64,000 nt of DNA from a bacterium (GCA_049472335.1 JBLIRO010000020.1:1-64000), one strand, 5' to 3'; counted from the stretch's first letter, positions 34,831 to 45,137 are shown. Made by a program: numbers and translations. Notes: generated by a model not told the origin, from the letters alone.

Positions 34831-35006
34831 AACGAAGAGATTTAGAACGCAAATTACGGATAGCAGGTTGTTACTTAAAGCGAGAAGGAAGTGCCCATAT
34901 GCTTTGGATCAATCCGAAGACCGGGGTTATAGAAGCGGTCCCAAGGCATACCGAAATCAAAGAACCATTGGCAAAGAAAATCCTAAAGAATATGAATGCA
35001 GAATGA
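34827..35006 (+). CDS. hicA: HicA family toxin (59 aa, absent from the ORF track)
   Basis: Translated by hand from the ATGA overlap: MKRRDLERKLRIAGCYLKREGSAHMLWINPKTGVIEAVPRHTEIKEPLAKKILKNMNAE; REG..H and VPRH motifs. Confidence 0.9.
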   Translation: MKRRDLERKLRIAGCYLKREGSAHMLWINPKTGVIEAVPRHTEIKEPLAKKILKNMNAE

Positions 35007-35469
35007 ATGTCCGAACAAGTCAATAACCTGATTTCACTTAGCTGGCCGTGATTCGTGAAAACCATTGTAATATGTGCGTATCTTTTAGACAGATTAAAGC
35101 GCTGCTCTTGCCTCGCTCTACTTTAATCTGCGGCTGATTGTCAACGTTTGACTGGCCCGCTGTCGCGGGGGAAACGAAATGGCACAGGCAGTATATAAAA
35201 AAATAACAAAAAGACATTATAAAAACTAATGCAGCCCATGCTCCAACAGATCTTTCCTTCTGGGTATGAAGCATTTGAGCACACCCATCCCCTCATATGT
35301 TATGACAATATACTATGTAGGGATGAGAGCAGAGCCTAAGAAATGAATAAACATGGATTTATTAATCTGTTGTGCATCTTTACAAATCTGATACCCTATT
35401 TCTTTGTATTAAAATTGTCTTTTATTTACTAATTTGTTATCATATTAACAAATAGATAGATGGAGATAT

Positions 35470-35661
35470 ATGATGTCCAATATAATGACAAAAGAGCAAG
35501 CTCACAAACTTGTTGAAAAGATGCCGGAAGGTGCTACATGGGACGATTTTATTCATGAGATTTATGTGCGTGAAACTATTGAGAAAAAATTGGAGGATAG
35601 TAAAGCCGGCAGGACTAAGGATGTTAGTGAAATTCGTGCAAAATATAAACTACCCAAATGA
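35470..35661 (+). CDS. Putative type II antitoxin
   Basis: 63 aa, KEQAHKLVEKMPEGATWDD..IYVRETIE..LEDSKAGRT; ATGA overlap with a RelE/ParE-like gene. Confidence 0.75.
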   Translation: MMSNIMTKEQAHKLVEKMPEGATWDDFIHEIYVRETIEKKLEDSKAGRTKDVSEIRAKYKLPK

Positions 35662-35954
35662 AGGTACATTGGAAAGACAATGCAGAACATCATCTTGATG
35701 CTATTCATGATTATTAAGCCCAAAACTCTCCAGAATATGCGAAAATAGTTATAGATAGATTAACAAATCGATCCAAACAAATCAGTGCCTTCCCTCTTTC
35801 AGAAAATATTGTTCCAGAATTTGATATTGGGCAAATCCTCGAAGTAATAGAAGAGCATTATAGCATTATTTATTATATCAAACCTGATCGAATATATGAT
35901 CTTGCAGTAATTCATAGTGCCATGAATATCTTAATGGAAGAAATTTCAGATTAG
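35658..35954 (+). pseudogene. RelE/ParE family toxin with an internal stop
   Basis: MKVHWKDNAEHHLDAIHDY*AQNSPEYA..FPLSENIVPE..YSIIYYI..AVIHSA; TAA at 35715-35717. Confidence 0.85.
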
Positions 35955-36096
35955 AGGCCTAACCGGGAATTTGTCTCATCAAGAGACATGATTAAGTCAG
36001 AATGGAAAAAATATGAACGGAGGTAAAATACTATAGAAAGATTTGTGAAAGAAATCGATGCATAGTCTCCGATTCGCAAAGAATACAAATAAAATT

Positions 36097-36549
36097 ATGA
36101 AAATTGTACAAGCAGTAATTGATGATGCAGAAGAAATCCTAAAGTTACAAAAATTGGCTTATCAGATAGAAGCTGAGCGTTACAACGATTATAATATCCT
36201 TCCCCTTACTCAAACAATCACCGAAATAAAAGAACAATTTAAGACCCATATATTCCTGAAAGCCGTTTCCGGGGATAAAATTATTGGTACTGTCCGGGCG
36301 GAAGAAAAAAATGAAACCTGTTATGTGGCCAGGTTGGCCGTTCTTCCGGATTTACAGAATCAAGGTATTGGTACCGCCCTAATGAAAGAGATTGAAAAGT
36401 ATTTTACTTCAAAACGTTTTGAACTTTTTGTCGGGTCGAAAAGTGATAAAAATATCCATCTTTATCAAAAGCTTGGATATAATATTTTTAAAACCGGTCC
36501 TTATGAATGTGGCCACATAGAAATTCTATATATGGAAAAAAAGAGATAA
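36097..36549 (+). CDS. GNAT family acetyltransferase
   Basis: RLAVLPDLQNQGIGTALM acetyl-CoA motif, NIHLYQKLGY; likely start at ATG 36097. Confidence 0.9.
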   Translation: MKIVQAVIDDAEEILKLQKLAYQIEAERYNDYNILPLTQTITEIKEQFKTHIFLKAVSGDKIIGTVRAEEKNETCYVARLAVLPDLQNQGIGTALMKEIEKYFTSKRFELFVGSKSDKNIHLYQKLGYNIFKTGPYECGHIEILYMEKKR

Positions 36550-36677
36550 CCATGGGTGTGCTTCAGCAACTGGGTATCCTTTCTTCATCCAAATCATAAG
36601 CGAGCAAATCGTCTGCCATGCCCGGACCTGGGATGTCTTTGTACCGGCCGGGACGTTTTCAGGTGATTATTATATTC

Positions 36678-37736
36678 CTAGCCTGCCCTGTAAATGATAC
36701 CTCCTCCCAAACAGATTTCTTCTTCATAAAAAACCACTGATTGTCCCGGAGTTATGGCCCTTACGGGATTGCTGAAAAGAACCTTTACAACCTGGGGATC
36801 ACCGGTTTCTTCCAGGGTTGCCTCCTTAGCGGGCTGAGTTGATCGAATCTTGGCCATGACCTTCCTGGGCCACTCAGGTATAATCCTGTTGATATTGTTT
36901 GCAAAAAGCATGGATTGCCATAGATCCTCATCAGTTCCCACAATGACCGAATTCTTTTTTGGATCAAGAGACAAAACATAATTCGGGCCTTGTTTAACTA
37001 ACTGGAGGCCTTTTCTCTGGCCTATTGTATAATTTACCAGGCCGGAATGGGACCCAAGCCTGTTTCCCGATTTGTCATATATCGGACCGGGGCTGAAGGC
37101 ATCGGGGGCAACTTCCTTAAGGAATATCCTGTAGTCCTTGGTGGAGAGGAAACAGATCTCCTGGCTTTCCTGGATCTTATTATGGGTAAATCCTGTCTTT
37201 TTTATTTGATCTTCAACCTCCCTTTTTGTCCAGTGATCCAGAGGTAAATGAAGATGGCTGAGCTGTTTCTGGGTAAGACGATACAGGAAGTAAGACTGAT
37301 CCTTTTGTAAATCTTTCCCTCGCAACAGCAAAAATTTTTCGGTTTCAGGATCTCTTTTAATTTGTGCATAATGCCCTGTGGCAAGATAAGAGAAACCGTT
37401 TTTTAATGCCCAATCGAGAAGAATGCCGCATTTTATTATGGCATTACAAAACACACAGGGATTGGGTGTTTGTCCGGACAGGTAATCCTTAATAAAGGGT
37501 TTAATGATAAGATTATTGAATTGTTGCCTTAAATCCATTATCTCTAATGGAATACCCAGAAAATCGGCCGTGGATTTTACATTGGCTAAATTTTTATCAT
37601 TGTCGATAATATTAAGATATGCACCTGTAAGTTCATATCCTTCTTGCTTAAGAAGCCATCCCGCGAAGGTGCTGTCTATACCTCCGCTCAGGGCAAGACA
37701 GATTTTGCTTTTCGGAGGCGGTGTATTCTTATACAT
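36678..37736 (-). CDS. mnmA: tRNA-specific 2-thiouridylase MnmA
   Basis: SGGIDS, TPNPCVFCN, ATGHYA, KDQSYFL, YTIGQRKGL, AITPGQSVVFY. Confidence 0.97.
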   Translation of the reverse strand: MYKNTPPPKSKICLALSGGIDSTFAGWLLKQEGYELTGAYLNIIDNDKNLANVKSTADFLGIPLEIMDLRQQFNNLIIKPFIKDYLSGQTPNPCVFCNAIIKCGILLDWALKNGFSYLATGHYAQIKRDPETEKFLLLRGKDLQKDQSYFLYRLTQKQLSHLHLPLDHWTKREVEDQIKKTGFTHNKIQESQEICFLSTKDYRIFLKEVAPDAFSPGPIYDKSGNRLGSHSGLVNYTIGQRKGLQLVKQGPNYVLSLDPKKNSVIVGTDEDLWQSMLFANNINRIIPEWPRKVMAKIRSTQPAKEATLEETGDPQVVKVLFSNPVRAITPGQSVVFYEEEICLGGGIIYRAG

Positions 37737-37799
37737 TTAAATACATAATTAATTGTACAATATATTAAATAAAATAATTATTTATAAAATTTAAATTCC

Positions 37800-37829
37800 T
37801 TGACACCTTTATACCTGTTATGTTATAAA
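37800..37829 (+). promoter_or_regulatory. Sigma70-type promoter for the cytochrome b-rnfCD operon
   Basis: TTGACA-N18-TATAAA with an extended TG. Confidence 0.5.
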
Positions 37830-37908
37830 ATAATCTAACATTCTGATGAGAAGGCAGGGACAGAAACAAAGGACTTTTTAATTCATCGATCTTATAAAGG
37901 AGCTGTCC

Positions 37909-38646
37909 ATGATCGCCCAAGTCAACCAGTCAATTGACAAATGGGCATTTTTTATCTATCTTTTTACCCTTATTGGGCTTTTTTTCCACTTTCTTGGGAA
38001 CATATTTACAGGCCGATTCAGAGAAAGATTTATTCTCGGCCATCATAAGAAAGTGACTGAAGAGGAATATCCTCATCCCCCTGAACGCCTGATGCACTGG
38101 GTACATCTTATTTCCATCCTCTTTCTTATCATAACCGGTTTTTTTATTCGTTACAAATTATTTAGCTCCTACATGGATCTATGGAAACGCCATCACTATT
38201 GTTTTATGATCCTCATACTTGTCAATCTGATTATCAGGCTGATATATGCTTTTGTGGGGAAAACAAAGACTTATAAGGATTTCGCCATTGGAAAAAAGGA
38301 TATCGCCAACACACCCCAGGTTATACAATATTATTTGTTTCTGAAAGATCATTATGAACATGTTGCCAAGTATGCCTCTCTGCAGAAGCTTACTTATAAT
38401 TTCTTTTGGATATTTTTAATCGTCCAGGGTATGACAGGAATAGCCATCCTGGTTCCGGAGGTTTTTCTGGGATGGATATCTCTGCCTATTGATTCAAGCG
38501 TACTGTTGATGAGGGTAATCCATGTGGGAATCACCTGGTTTTATATAATTGCTACTACCATTCATATGTATCTTTCCTGCATGGAAGGGTATCCTCTGCT
38601 TAAACTGATTTTATTTAATATTGAGCCCGAGGTAATTGAGGAATGA
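37909..38646 (+). CDS. Di-heme cytochrome b (Ni/Fe-hydrogenase b-type / FdnI-like) with an extra N-terminal TM helix
   Basis: ERLMHWVH, RHHY, KYASLQKLTY, RVIHV-x-IHMY: four TM histidines in the typical spacing. Confidence 0.85.
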   Translation: MIAQVNQSIDKWAFFIYLFTLIGLFFHFLGNIFTGRFRERFILGHHKKVTEEEYPHPPERLMHWVHLISILFLIITGFFIRYKLFSSYMDLWKRHHYCFMILILVNLIIRLIYAFVGKTKTYKDFAIGKKDIANTPQVIQYYLFLKDHYEHVAKYASLQKLTYNFFWIFLIVQGMTGIAILVPEVFLGWISLPIDSSVLLMRVIHVGITWFYIIATTIHMYLSCMEGYPLLKLILFNIEPEVIEE

Positions 38647-38665
38647 TTATAATAAGGTGTCCGAA

Positions 38666-40033
38666 ATGAAGTTAATGACCTTCAAAGGAGGAATTCATCC
38701 CCCTGAATATAAAGAACAAACAGAGGACAAACCGATTATAATCTGTCCGATTCCTCCGAAGATTTATCTGCCCATGAGTCAGCATATTGGCATGCCGGCT
38801 AAATGTCTGGTTAAGGAGGGCGATAAGGTGAAGGCAGGACAAAAGATCGGAGAGGCCGAATCCTTCATTTCAGCTCCTATCCATGCCAGCGTTTCGGGGG
38901 TTGTAGAGAAAATAGGCCCATATCCTCATTTTACCGGCAAAGACTTTGAATGTGTGATTATAGTTCCCGATTCCGAGCAAGAGGAAATCAGACAGAAAAG
39001 TGAGGATTTGAACATATTGCCAAGCCCCGAACAGATCCGCAGTGCCGTCAAGGAGGCCGGTATTGTCGGAATGGGTGGGGCCGCTTTTCCAACATCCGTA
39101 AAATTAACACCACCCCCGGATGTTAATATAGATGCCGTTATTATAAACGGTTGTGAGTGTGAACCTTTCCTTACCGCAGATCACCGCCTGATGCTTGAAC
39201 GGACGGACGACTTGATAGATGGCTTGAGGTTGATCATGCATTGTGTTGGGGCCAATCAAGGTTATATCGGCATTGAGAACAATAAACCCAATGCCATTGA
39301 AAAGGTCAGCGCATATCTCGCCAGGAAGGTTCCTGAATGGGCTGTTAAAATGAATATAGAGGTTTGTCCATTAAAGACAAAGTATCCCCAGGGTGGTGAA
39401 AAACAGCTTATATTTGCCATTCTTAACCGGAAGGTCCCGGCAAGAAAGTTGCCAAGCTCCGTTGGAGCACTTGTTCAGAATGTTGGGACTGCGATCGCCA
39501 TATCTGAGGCAGTAAGGATTAAGAAACCCTTAATCGATAGAATAATCACAGTGACAGGTCCCGCTATTCGGGACCCGCAGAATCTCAGGGTAAAGCTCGG
39601 AACTACTGTATCATGGCTGATAAAGGTTTGTCATGGTTTTAGCAAGCCATCCGCAAAGGAGATAATGGGTGGTCCGATGACGGGTTTCGCACTAACAAAT
39701 CTTGATGTACCTGTAGTCAAGGGGACATCAGGGGTAATAGCCTTAACCAAGGATATAGCGGAGCTTCCTGGCTACAGCAGATTACATTGTGTAGGATGTG
39801 GTAAATGTGCCGATATATGTCCAATGTTTTTAGTGCCAAGCCTTTTAGGCAGATATTCAGAAAATAAAAAATATCAGGATGCGGATGAGGCCGGAGTGAT
39901 GGACTGCATTGAATGTGGTTCATGCGTTTTTACGTGTCCGGCAAGAATTCCTCTGGTACAATTGATTCGAGAGGCCAAGGGGGCAATACTTTCTAAAAAG
40001 AGGAGAGTCAAGAAGGATGGAGAAGGTAAATAA
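38666..40033 (+). CDS. rnfC: RnfC/RsxC electron transport subunit (NADH/FMN, 2x[4Fe-4S])
   Basis: FKGGIHP, QHIGMPA, GIVGMGGAAFPT, NGCECEPFLTAD, KYPQGGEKQL, CVGCGKCADICP, CIECGSCVFTCP. Confidence 0.97.
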   Translation: MKLMTFKGGIHPPEYKEQTEDKPIIICPIPPKIYLPMSQHIGMPAKCLVKEGDKVKAGQKIGEAESFISAPIHASVSGVVEKIGPYPHFTGKDFECVIIVPDSEQEEIRQKSEDLNILPSPEQIRSAVKEAGIVGMGGAAFPTSVKLTPPPDVNIDAVIINGCECEPFLTADHRLMLERTDDLIDGLRLIMHCVGANQGYIGIENNKPNAIEKVSAYLARKVPEWAVKMNIEVCPLKTKYPQGGEKQLIFAILNRKVPARKLPSSVGALVQNVGTAIAISEAVRIKKPLIDRIITVTGPAIRDPQNLRVKLGTTVSWLIKVCHGFSKPSAKEIMGGPMTGFALTNLDVPVVKGTSGVIALTKDIAELPGYSRLHCVGCGKCADICPMFLVPSLLGRYSENKKYQDADEAGVMDCIECGSCVFTCPARIPLVQLIREAKGAILSKKRRVKKDGEGK

Positions 40034-41051
40034 AACCAGTAGTATCATATCGAGCACGCCTTCACATATTTACTCACCGGTAGATGTGTCTTCGGCCATG
40101 AACGATGTCATCCTTTCTTTGGTCCCGGCACTTATTGCAGCAACCGTTTTTTTTGGTCTTAATGCTTTGTTCGTAAGCATGATCTGTATAATAAGCGCCA
40201 TGATCACTGAACTGGTCATTAGAAAGCTGCTGAACCGTCCTTTTTCTCTATGGGACAGAAGTGCTATAGTTACAGGGTTGTTGCTGGCCTTTACACTTCC
40301 GCCCACTACACCCTGGTGGTTAGCCGCTTTAGGTGCATTTGTTGCTATTGCATTTGCAAAAGAGTTATTCGGGGGTATCGGACGTAATATTTTTAATCCT
40401 GCATTATTCGGAAGGGTCTTTATTTTTGTATTCCCGGGATGGAAAGCTTTGCTTGAGAATTATGCTAAGCCATTATGGTGGAAGGATTTTGGATTTTTTT
40501 CTGTTATCACAGCCCACATAAAAGAGGAGAGCGTAACCATAATGACCCTGGCCGGGCAATATCTGGATGGAATTACCGGCGCAACACCTCTGGCATTAAA
40601 GCGAGCAGGTGGCGCGGCATTTGCTGCCAGGAATATAGGTTATCTTGAATTGCTTTTAGGCAATGTACGGGGAAGCCTTGGGGAGACTTCAGCCATTGCC
40701 CTTTTGATGGGAGCTGCTTATCTCTTTTACAAAGGGCATATTAATTGGCGCATCCCTGGAAGTATTTTGGGAACTGTGGTTGTTATTTCAATTCTCTGGA
40801 GACAGGATCCAATTTTCCACATTCTTGCGGGGGGACTGATCCTGGGAGCATTTTTTATGGCAACGGATTGGACTACAAGCCCTATTACAGCATACGGGCA
40901 GATCATTTATGGGGTTTCCATAGGTCTTTTTATCATGGTAGTTCGTAGATTTGGCATCAGAACCGAAGGGGTAGCCCTTGCAATAATCCACTTGAATCCC
41001 TTGGTCCTTTTCATAGACCGTTACACCCTTCCTAAAAAGTTTGGAGGCTAG
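40017..41051 (+). CDS. rnfD: RnfD/RsxD membrane subunit
   Basis: DRSAIVTGLLLA, FGGIGRNIFNPA, flavinylation motif DGITGATPL, GSLGETS, GAFFMATD. Confidence 0.96.
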   Translation: MEKVNKTSSIISSTPSHIYSPVDVSSAMNDVILSLVPALIAATVFFGLNALFVSMICIISAMITELVIRKLLNRPFSLWDRSAIVTGLLLAFTLPPTTPWWLAALGAFVAIAFAKELFGGIGRNIFNPALFGRVFIFVFPGWKALLENYAKPLWWKDFGFFSVITAHIKEESVTIMTLAGQYLDGITGATPLALKRAGGAAFAARNIGYLELLLGNVRGSLGETSAIALLMGAAYLFYKGHINWRIPGSILGTVVVISILWRQDPIFHILAGGLILGAFFMATDWTTSPITAYGQIIYGVSIGLFIMVVRRFGIRTEGVALAIIHLNPLVLFIDRYTLPKKFGG

Positions 41052-41266
41052 GGATAGGGACCCTTCCTCATTTTTTTCATTCTAATTTCTATGGGTCTGA
41101 TTCACCGTCCCCTGAGAAATCTTAAAAAAAGGACTTTTCCTTTTTATACATTGTTACTTGCGGGGGGAAGTTAATTTGATCTGATAAAATATTATATTAT
41201 AATAGAAGGCTAACAAAAAATTAGATGTTTAAAGGATCTTTATATTTTTAATGGGTAAAAGGGATT

Positions 41267-42406
41267 ATGGAAGGAAAAGATAAGGATATAAAGCTGGAGT
41301 ATCAGATACTTAATAAGATCTTTATGAGGATGGGTGATGGTTTCCTTGTAATCGACAGACAGAAAAGGATAAAGTTTATGAACCAGCACCTGATCAATCT
41401 TTACGGTTACAAAGTCGGAAAAAGGTGTCACGAAGTCTTTTTCGATAGCATAGAACCGTGTGAAGGCTGTTCGATCAATGATATCATCGAAGATGATAAA
41501 GAGGTTACGCGCCATACAAGGTGTGCCAGGGATAAATTTGGGCGGTGGCTGGAAATAACATTAATACCAACAACAGTAACTTCACAGAATCATAAGGAAA
41601 AGGGTGTTTGTATAATTGAGGTTATACATGATATAACCGCCAGGAAAAATTTAGAGGAAGCTATTAGGGAAAAGAATTTAGAGCTAAAGCAAAAGAACGA
41701 AGAGTTGGAAAATTTTGTTTATACAGTGTCTCACGATCTGAAGTCCCCTATTTTTTCACTTCAGGGGGTTGTAAATGCCTTAATAGAGGATTATGCCGAT
41801 AAATTGGATAAAGGATTCAGCGATTATTTAGAGGATATACGAAATAGTGCGCAGAAGATGGGATTGTTGGTACAAGACCTTTTAAATCTCTCCCGCGTGG
41901 GAAGAACGAGAAATCCCAGAGAGGAAGTACCGGCAAGGGAAATAATCGATGAAGCCATAGAACAGTTGAAGTTTCAGATAGAAAGCAAAGGGGTTGAACT
42001 TAAAATTGAGGAAGACCTGCTAACCTGTTATTGTGATAAGCAGATGATTATATTGGCTTTGGTTAATCTGCTCGATAACGCAATCAAATATATGGGTGAT
42101 ACTCCCTGTCCCCGTATCGAGATTGGGTGTGCCACAGAAGGGGGTTATCAGATCTTTTCTGTAAAAGATAATGGTATTGGTATTGATCCCAAATATCATG
42201 AGAAGATCTTCGAAATCTTTCAATCTTTAGGTGAGATAAAGGATCCCAAGAGCACCGGCGTTGGCCTTGCTATTGTAAAGAGAGTAATCGAGGTTCATAT
42301 GGGTAAGGTTTGGTTGGAATCCGAAAAAGGGCGGGGCTCCAAATTCCTTTTTCGTATCCCATCAAAGGAATTTGTACAGTTTGTACTTAACAAAATGAGA
42401 AAATGA
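41267..42406 (+). CDS. PAS-domain sensor histidine kinase
   Basis: PAS with CHEVF..PCEGC, ELENFVYTVSHDLKSP, NLLDNAIKY, DNGIG, TGVGL. Confidence 0.95.
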   Translation: MEGKDKDIKLEYQILNKIFMRMGDGFLVIDRQKRIKFMNQHLINLYGYKVGKRCHEVFFDSIEPCEGCSINDIIEDDKEVTRHTRCARDKFGRWLEITLIPTTVTSQNHKEKGVCIIEVIHDITARKNLEEAIREKNLELKQKNEELENFVYTVSHDLKSPIFSLQGVVNALIEDYADKLDKGFSDYLEDIRNSAQKMGLLVQDLLNLSRVGRTRNPREEVPAREIIDEAIEQLKFQIESKGVELKIEEDLLTCYCDKQMIILALVNLLDNAIKYMGDTPCPRIEIGCATEGGYQIFSVKDNGIGIDPKYHEKIFEIFQSLGEIKDPKSTGVGLAIVKRVIEVHMGKVWLESEKGRGSKFLFRIPSKEFVQFVLNKMRK

Positions 42407-42409
42407 TCT

Positions 42410-42829
42410 ATGAGTATTTTATTGATAGAAGATGATGCAATACATATGAAATTGATAAAGAGGGCGTTAGAGAAAAGTGGATACGGCGATAATATTATCA
42501 ATCTGGACGACGGCGAGAAGGCAATCGCATACCTTTTTTCGGAGGATAAAAGAGAAAAACAGTTTTTACCAAAGCTTATTATAATGGATATAAATCTTCC
42601 CAAGATAAATGGTATAGAAGTCCTGAGAAGGATCAAGGAAGATGAGAAGCTAAGGATCATACCTGTTGTGATGCTTACCACATCGAGCAATCGAATGGAT
42701 ATGGAAAAATGTTTTAAATACAACGCTAATAGCTATATTGTTAAACCGCTTGATTTTCAGAACTTTATGGACAAAATGAAAAATGTCGCCCAATACTGGC
42801 TGGAGGTGAATACTGCCCCGACTGAATAA
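42410..42829 (+). CDS. Single-domain response regulator (Rcp1-like)
   Basis: LIEDD, IMDINLPKING, IPVVMLTTS, ANSYIVKP, YWL. Confidence 0.95.
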   Translation: MSILLIEDDAIHMKLIKRALEKSGYGDNIINLDDGEKAIAYLFSEDKREKQFLPKLIIMDINLPKINGIEVLRRIKEDEKLRIIPVVMLTTSSNRMDMEKCFKYNANSYIVKPLDFQNFMDKMKNVAQYWLEVNTAPTE

Positions 42830-42892
42830 ACATCGGCATCAAGTCAAAAGAATTATAAACCGATAGTTTTTTGTAATTTTAGCATTAAACAG

Positions 42893-44098
42893 CTACTCTC
42901 TTTTCAATAGCTCTTCAAGATGGTCGAGAATCTTTTCTGCAATCAATCCCTTTTCTTCCTTTGGCAAGGTCTTTATTACACCTGAATGGTTAATTAGGGT
43001 AACCTGATTTGTTTCTGCTTCGAATCCGACTCCCGGCTCGGAGATATCGTTGGCAACAATTAAATCCAGATTTTTCTGTATTAATTTATCTTTAGCATTC
43101 TGAATAAGATTTTTATCCTCTGCTGCAAATCCAATCATTATTTGTCCTTTTTTCTTGTTTTTTCCAAGTTCTGATAATATGTCCGGAGTTGCCACCAACT
43201 GAATGCTTGATGGAGCATTCTCCTTTTTTATTTTTGATTCCATTACCTTGCCAGGTTTAAAATCCGCAACTGCGGAAGTCATTATAACCACATCAGAGCC
43301 AGGAGAAGAATTTTTTACCTCTTTTGACATCTCCTCGGCCGTTGTCACATTGATAAAAACAACCCCCTCCGGAGGGGTAAGCGAGGTGGGACCACTTATC
43401 AAAATAACATGAGCACCCCTTTTTTTAGCCGCCTTCGCAAGAGCGAATCCCATTTTACCTGAGGAACGATTTGAAATATATCTAACCGGATCGATAAATT
43501 CCCGTGTAGGTCCTGCCGTAATAAGAAAGGTTTGGTCTTTGAAGGATTGATTTGGATTAAGGATTTCTTCCACCTTTTCACAAATATCATCAATATGCGC
43601 CAGGTGTCCTTTGCCAAATTGCCCGCATGCAACCTCAGCATGAATGGGATCAATAAAAATGATCCCATTCTTTCTAAGAATCGCTATGTTAGCCTGAACC
43701 ATTGGATGTGAATACATAGCGGGATTCATTGCCGGAGCAATGAGAACGGGTGATTGTGTGGCCAGAAAAATTGCTGATAAGAGATCGTCTGCCAATCCAT
43801 GGGAAAATTTGGCAATGCAATTAGCAGTTGCCGGGGCAACCAAAAGCAGGTCCATATTTTGTGCAAGATCGATATGTGGAACCGGCCCATATGGCTCATG
43901 AGAAAAGATATCCGTTGCAACAGGATTTCGAGATAAGGCGGCAAGGGTTGTCGCAGATATAAATCTATGTGAATCAGGGGTCATAACAACCCTTATCTCT
44001 TTTTGCCTTCTAAGTAACTCTCTAATAATATCTCCGGCTTTATAAGCAGCTATACTTCCTGTAATACCCAAAACGATCTTTTTTTTAAGAAAAGCCAT
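42893..44098 (-). CDS. coaBC: Phosphopantothenoylcysteine decarboxylase/ligase
   Basis: [49 protein letters not shown]. Confidence 0.98.
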   Translation of the reverse strand: MAFLKKKIVLGITGSIAAYKAGDIIRELLRRQKEIRVVMTPDSHRFISATTLAALSRNPVATDIFSHEPYGPVPHIDLAQNMDLLLVAPATANCIAKFSHGLADDLLSAIFLATQSPVLIAPAMNPAMYSHPMVQANIAILRKNGIIFIDPIHAEVACGQFGKGHLAHIDDICEKVEEILNPNQSFKDQTFLITAGPTREFIDPVRYISNRSSGKMGFALAKAAKKRGAHVILISGPTSLTPPEGVVFINVTTAEEMSKEVKNSSPGSDVVIMTSAVADFKPGKVMESKIKKENAPSSIQLVATPDILSELGKNKKKGQIMIGFAAEDKNLIQNAKDKLIQKNLDLIVANDISEPGVGFEAETNQVTLINHSGVIKTLPKEEKGLIAEKILDHLEELLKRE

Positions 44099-44142
44099 AT
44101 GTTTTTTATTATTATTTTTTATTTTCAAGCTGAAATTCTTGC

Positions 44143-44421
44143 TTATTCTGATATTTCCTCTGTATTATCAGTATCTTCATTCGAGTCCAACGGATCTTCA
44201 CCATTTTTATAGAAACTTTCGACCCTTCCTTCCACAATCTCCATGAGTGCGATTGTCGGAGGCTTAATGTGTTTAGTTTTTATAGTTGCAACTTGATTTG
44301 GAGGCAAACCCCTTTCCTTTGCCATAAAATTGATCTGTTTGCTTCTTTTCGCCGCGGCCAAAACAAGTTGAAACTTTGATGCCTCTGATGTTCGATCTAC
44401 CATTATCTTTTTGTCTTTCAT
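44143..44421 (-). CDS. rpoZ: RNA polymerase omega subunit
   Basis: SKFQLVLAAAKRSKQI, KPPTIALMEI; position between gmk and coaBC. Confidence 0.88.
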   Translation of the reverse strand: MKDKKIMVDRTSEASKFQLVLAAAKRSKQINFMAKERGLPPNQVATIKTKHIKPPTIALMEIVEGRVESFYKNGEDPLDSNEDTDNTEEISE

Positions 44422-44475
44422 CTATCCTCCCTTTTTAAAATTTAATCAAACAGATAGAAGATTTTTTAAAAACTA

Positions 44476-45105
44476 TTACCGGGGAACCTGAGATTTAAGT
44501 ATATCAAGAATTAAAGCCCGATGTCTTTGTGTTTTACACCTTTCTGCTATAATTATCGACTTCAACGCCTCCACTGCCTTTGAGAAATCGTCATTTATGA
44601 TTAGGTATTGATATTCTTCAAATGCCCAAAGTTCTGAGATTGCGTTTTCCATCCTGAGATGAATTTCCTTTGGATCTTCGTTTTTTCTTATGCATAATCT
44701 TGATTTTAATTCTTTAAGTGAAGGGGGTATAACAAAAATAAAAATGCCATTTGGGTATATCTTTTTTAGATTCTTTGCGCCATAGATATCAATATCCAGG
44801 AGGCAATCAATACCCTGGTTAATTTTGTTGGTGACAAAATCCTCTGAGGTGCCATAATAATGTCCGTGGACCTGTGCCCATTCCACAAAGCAACCCTCAT
44901 CGATCATTTTTTTGAAGGTTTCTAATGAGATAAAAAAATAGTCCTCTCCGTCCTTCTCGTCTTTTCTCATTGGTCTGGTTGTGTAGGAGACCGAAAAGGC
45001 AAGACCAGGTATGATAGATCTGATTTCGCGACAGATACTAGTTTTCCCTGTACCAGAAGGGGCGGAAATGATAAAAGGTATCCCCTTGTGATATGTATGA
45101 TTCAT
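44476..45105 (-). CDS. gmk: Guanylate kinase
   Basis: SAPSGTGKTS, SYTTRPMR..EKDGEDYFF, HGHYYGT. Confidence 0.98.
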   Translation of the reverse strand: MNHTYHKGIPFIISAPSGTGKTSICREIRSIIPGLAFSVSYTTRPMRKDEKDGEDYFFISLETFKKMIDEGCFVEWAQVHGHYYGTSEDFVTNKINQGIDCLLDIDIYGAKNLKKIYPNGIFIFVIPPSLKELKSRLCIRKNEDPKEIHLRMENAISELWAFEEYQYLIINDDFSKAVEALKSIIIAERCKTQRHRALILDILKSQVPR

Positions 45106-45137
45106 CTAATTATTGCTCTTATTAACATTTACCAGTG

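Larger units (their letters stand above)
32738..36550 (+). mobile_element. Integron gene-cassette array without integrase (CALIN), decaying
   Basis: Co-oriented short accessory genes separated by attC-like palindromes; each cassette start box is complementary to its end box; no tyrosine recombinase in the window; right boundary uncertain beyond 35016. Confidence 0.8.

Noticed and set aside
34823..35026. 67-aa ORF in the track
   Set aside because: Wrong frame; the real gene is hicA at 34827-35006
35090..35170. Hairpins CAGATTAAAG/CTTTAATCTG and CCCGC/GCGGG as a further attC
   Set aside because: No matching R''/R' boxes at the right spacing; at most an eroded remnant
35510..35698. 62-aa ORF
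   Set aside because: Alternative frame across the antitoxin/toxin pair, with no motif
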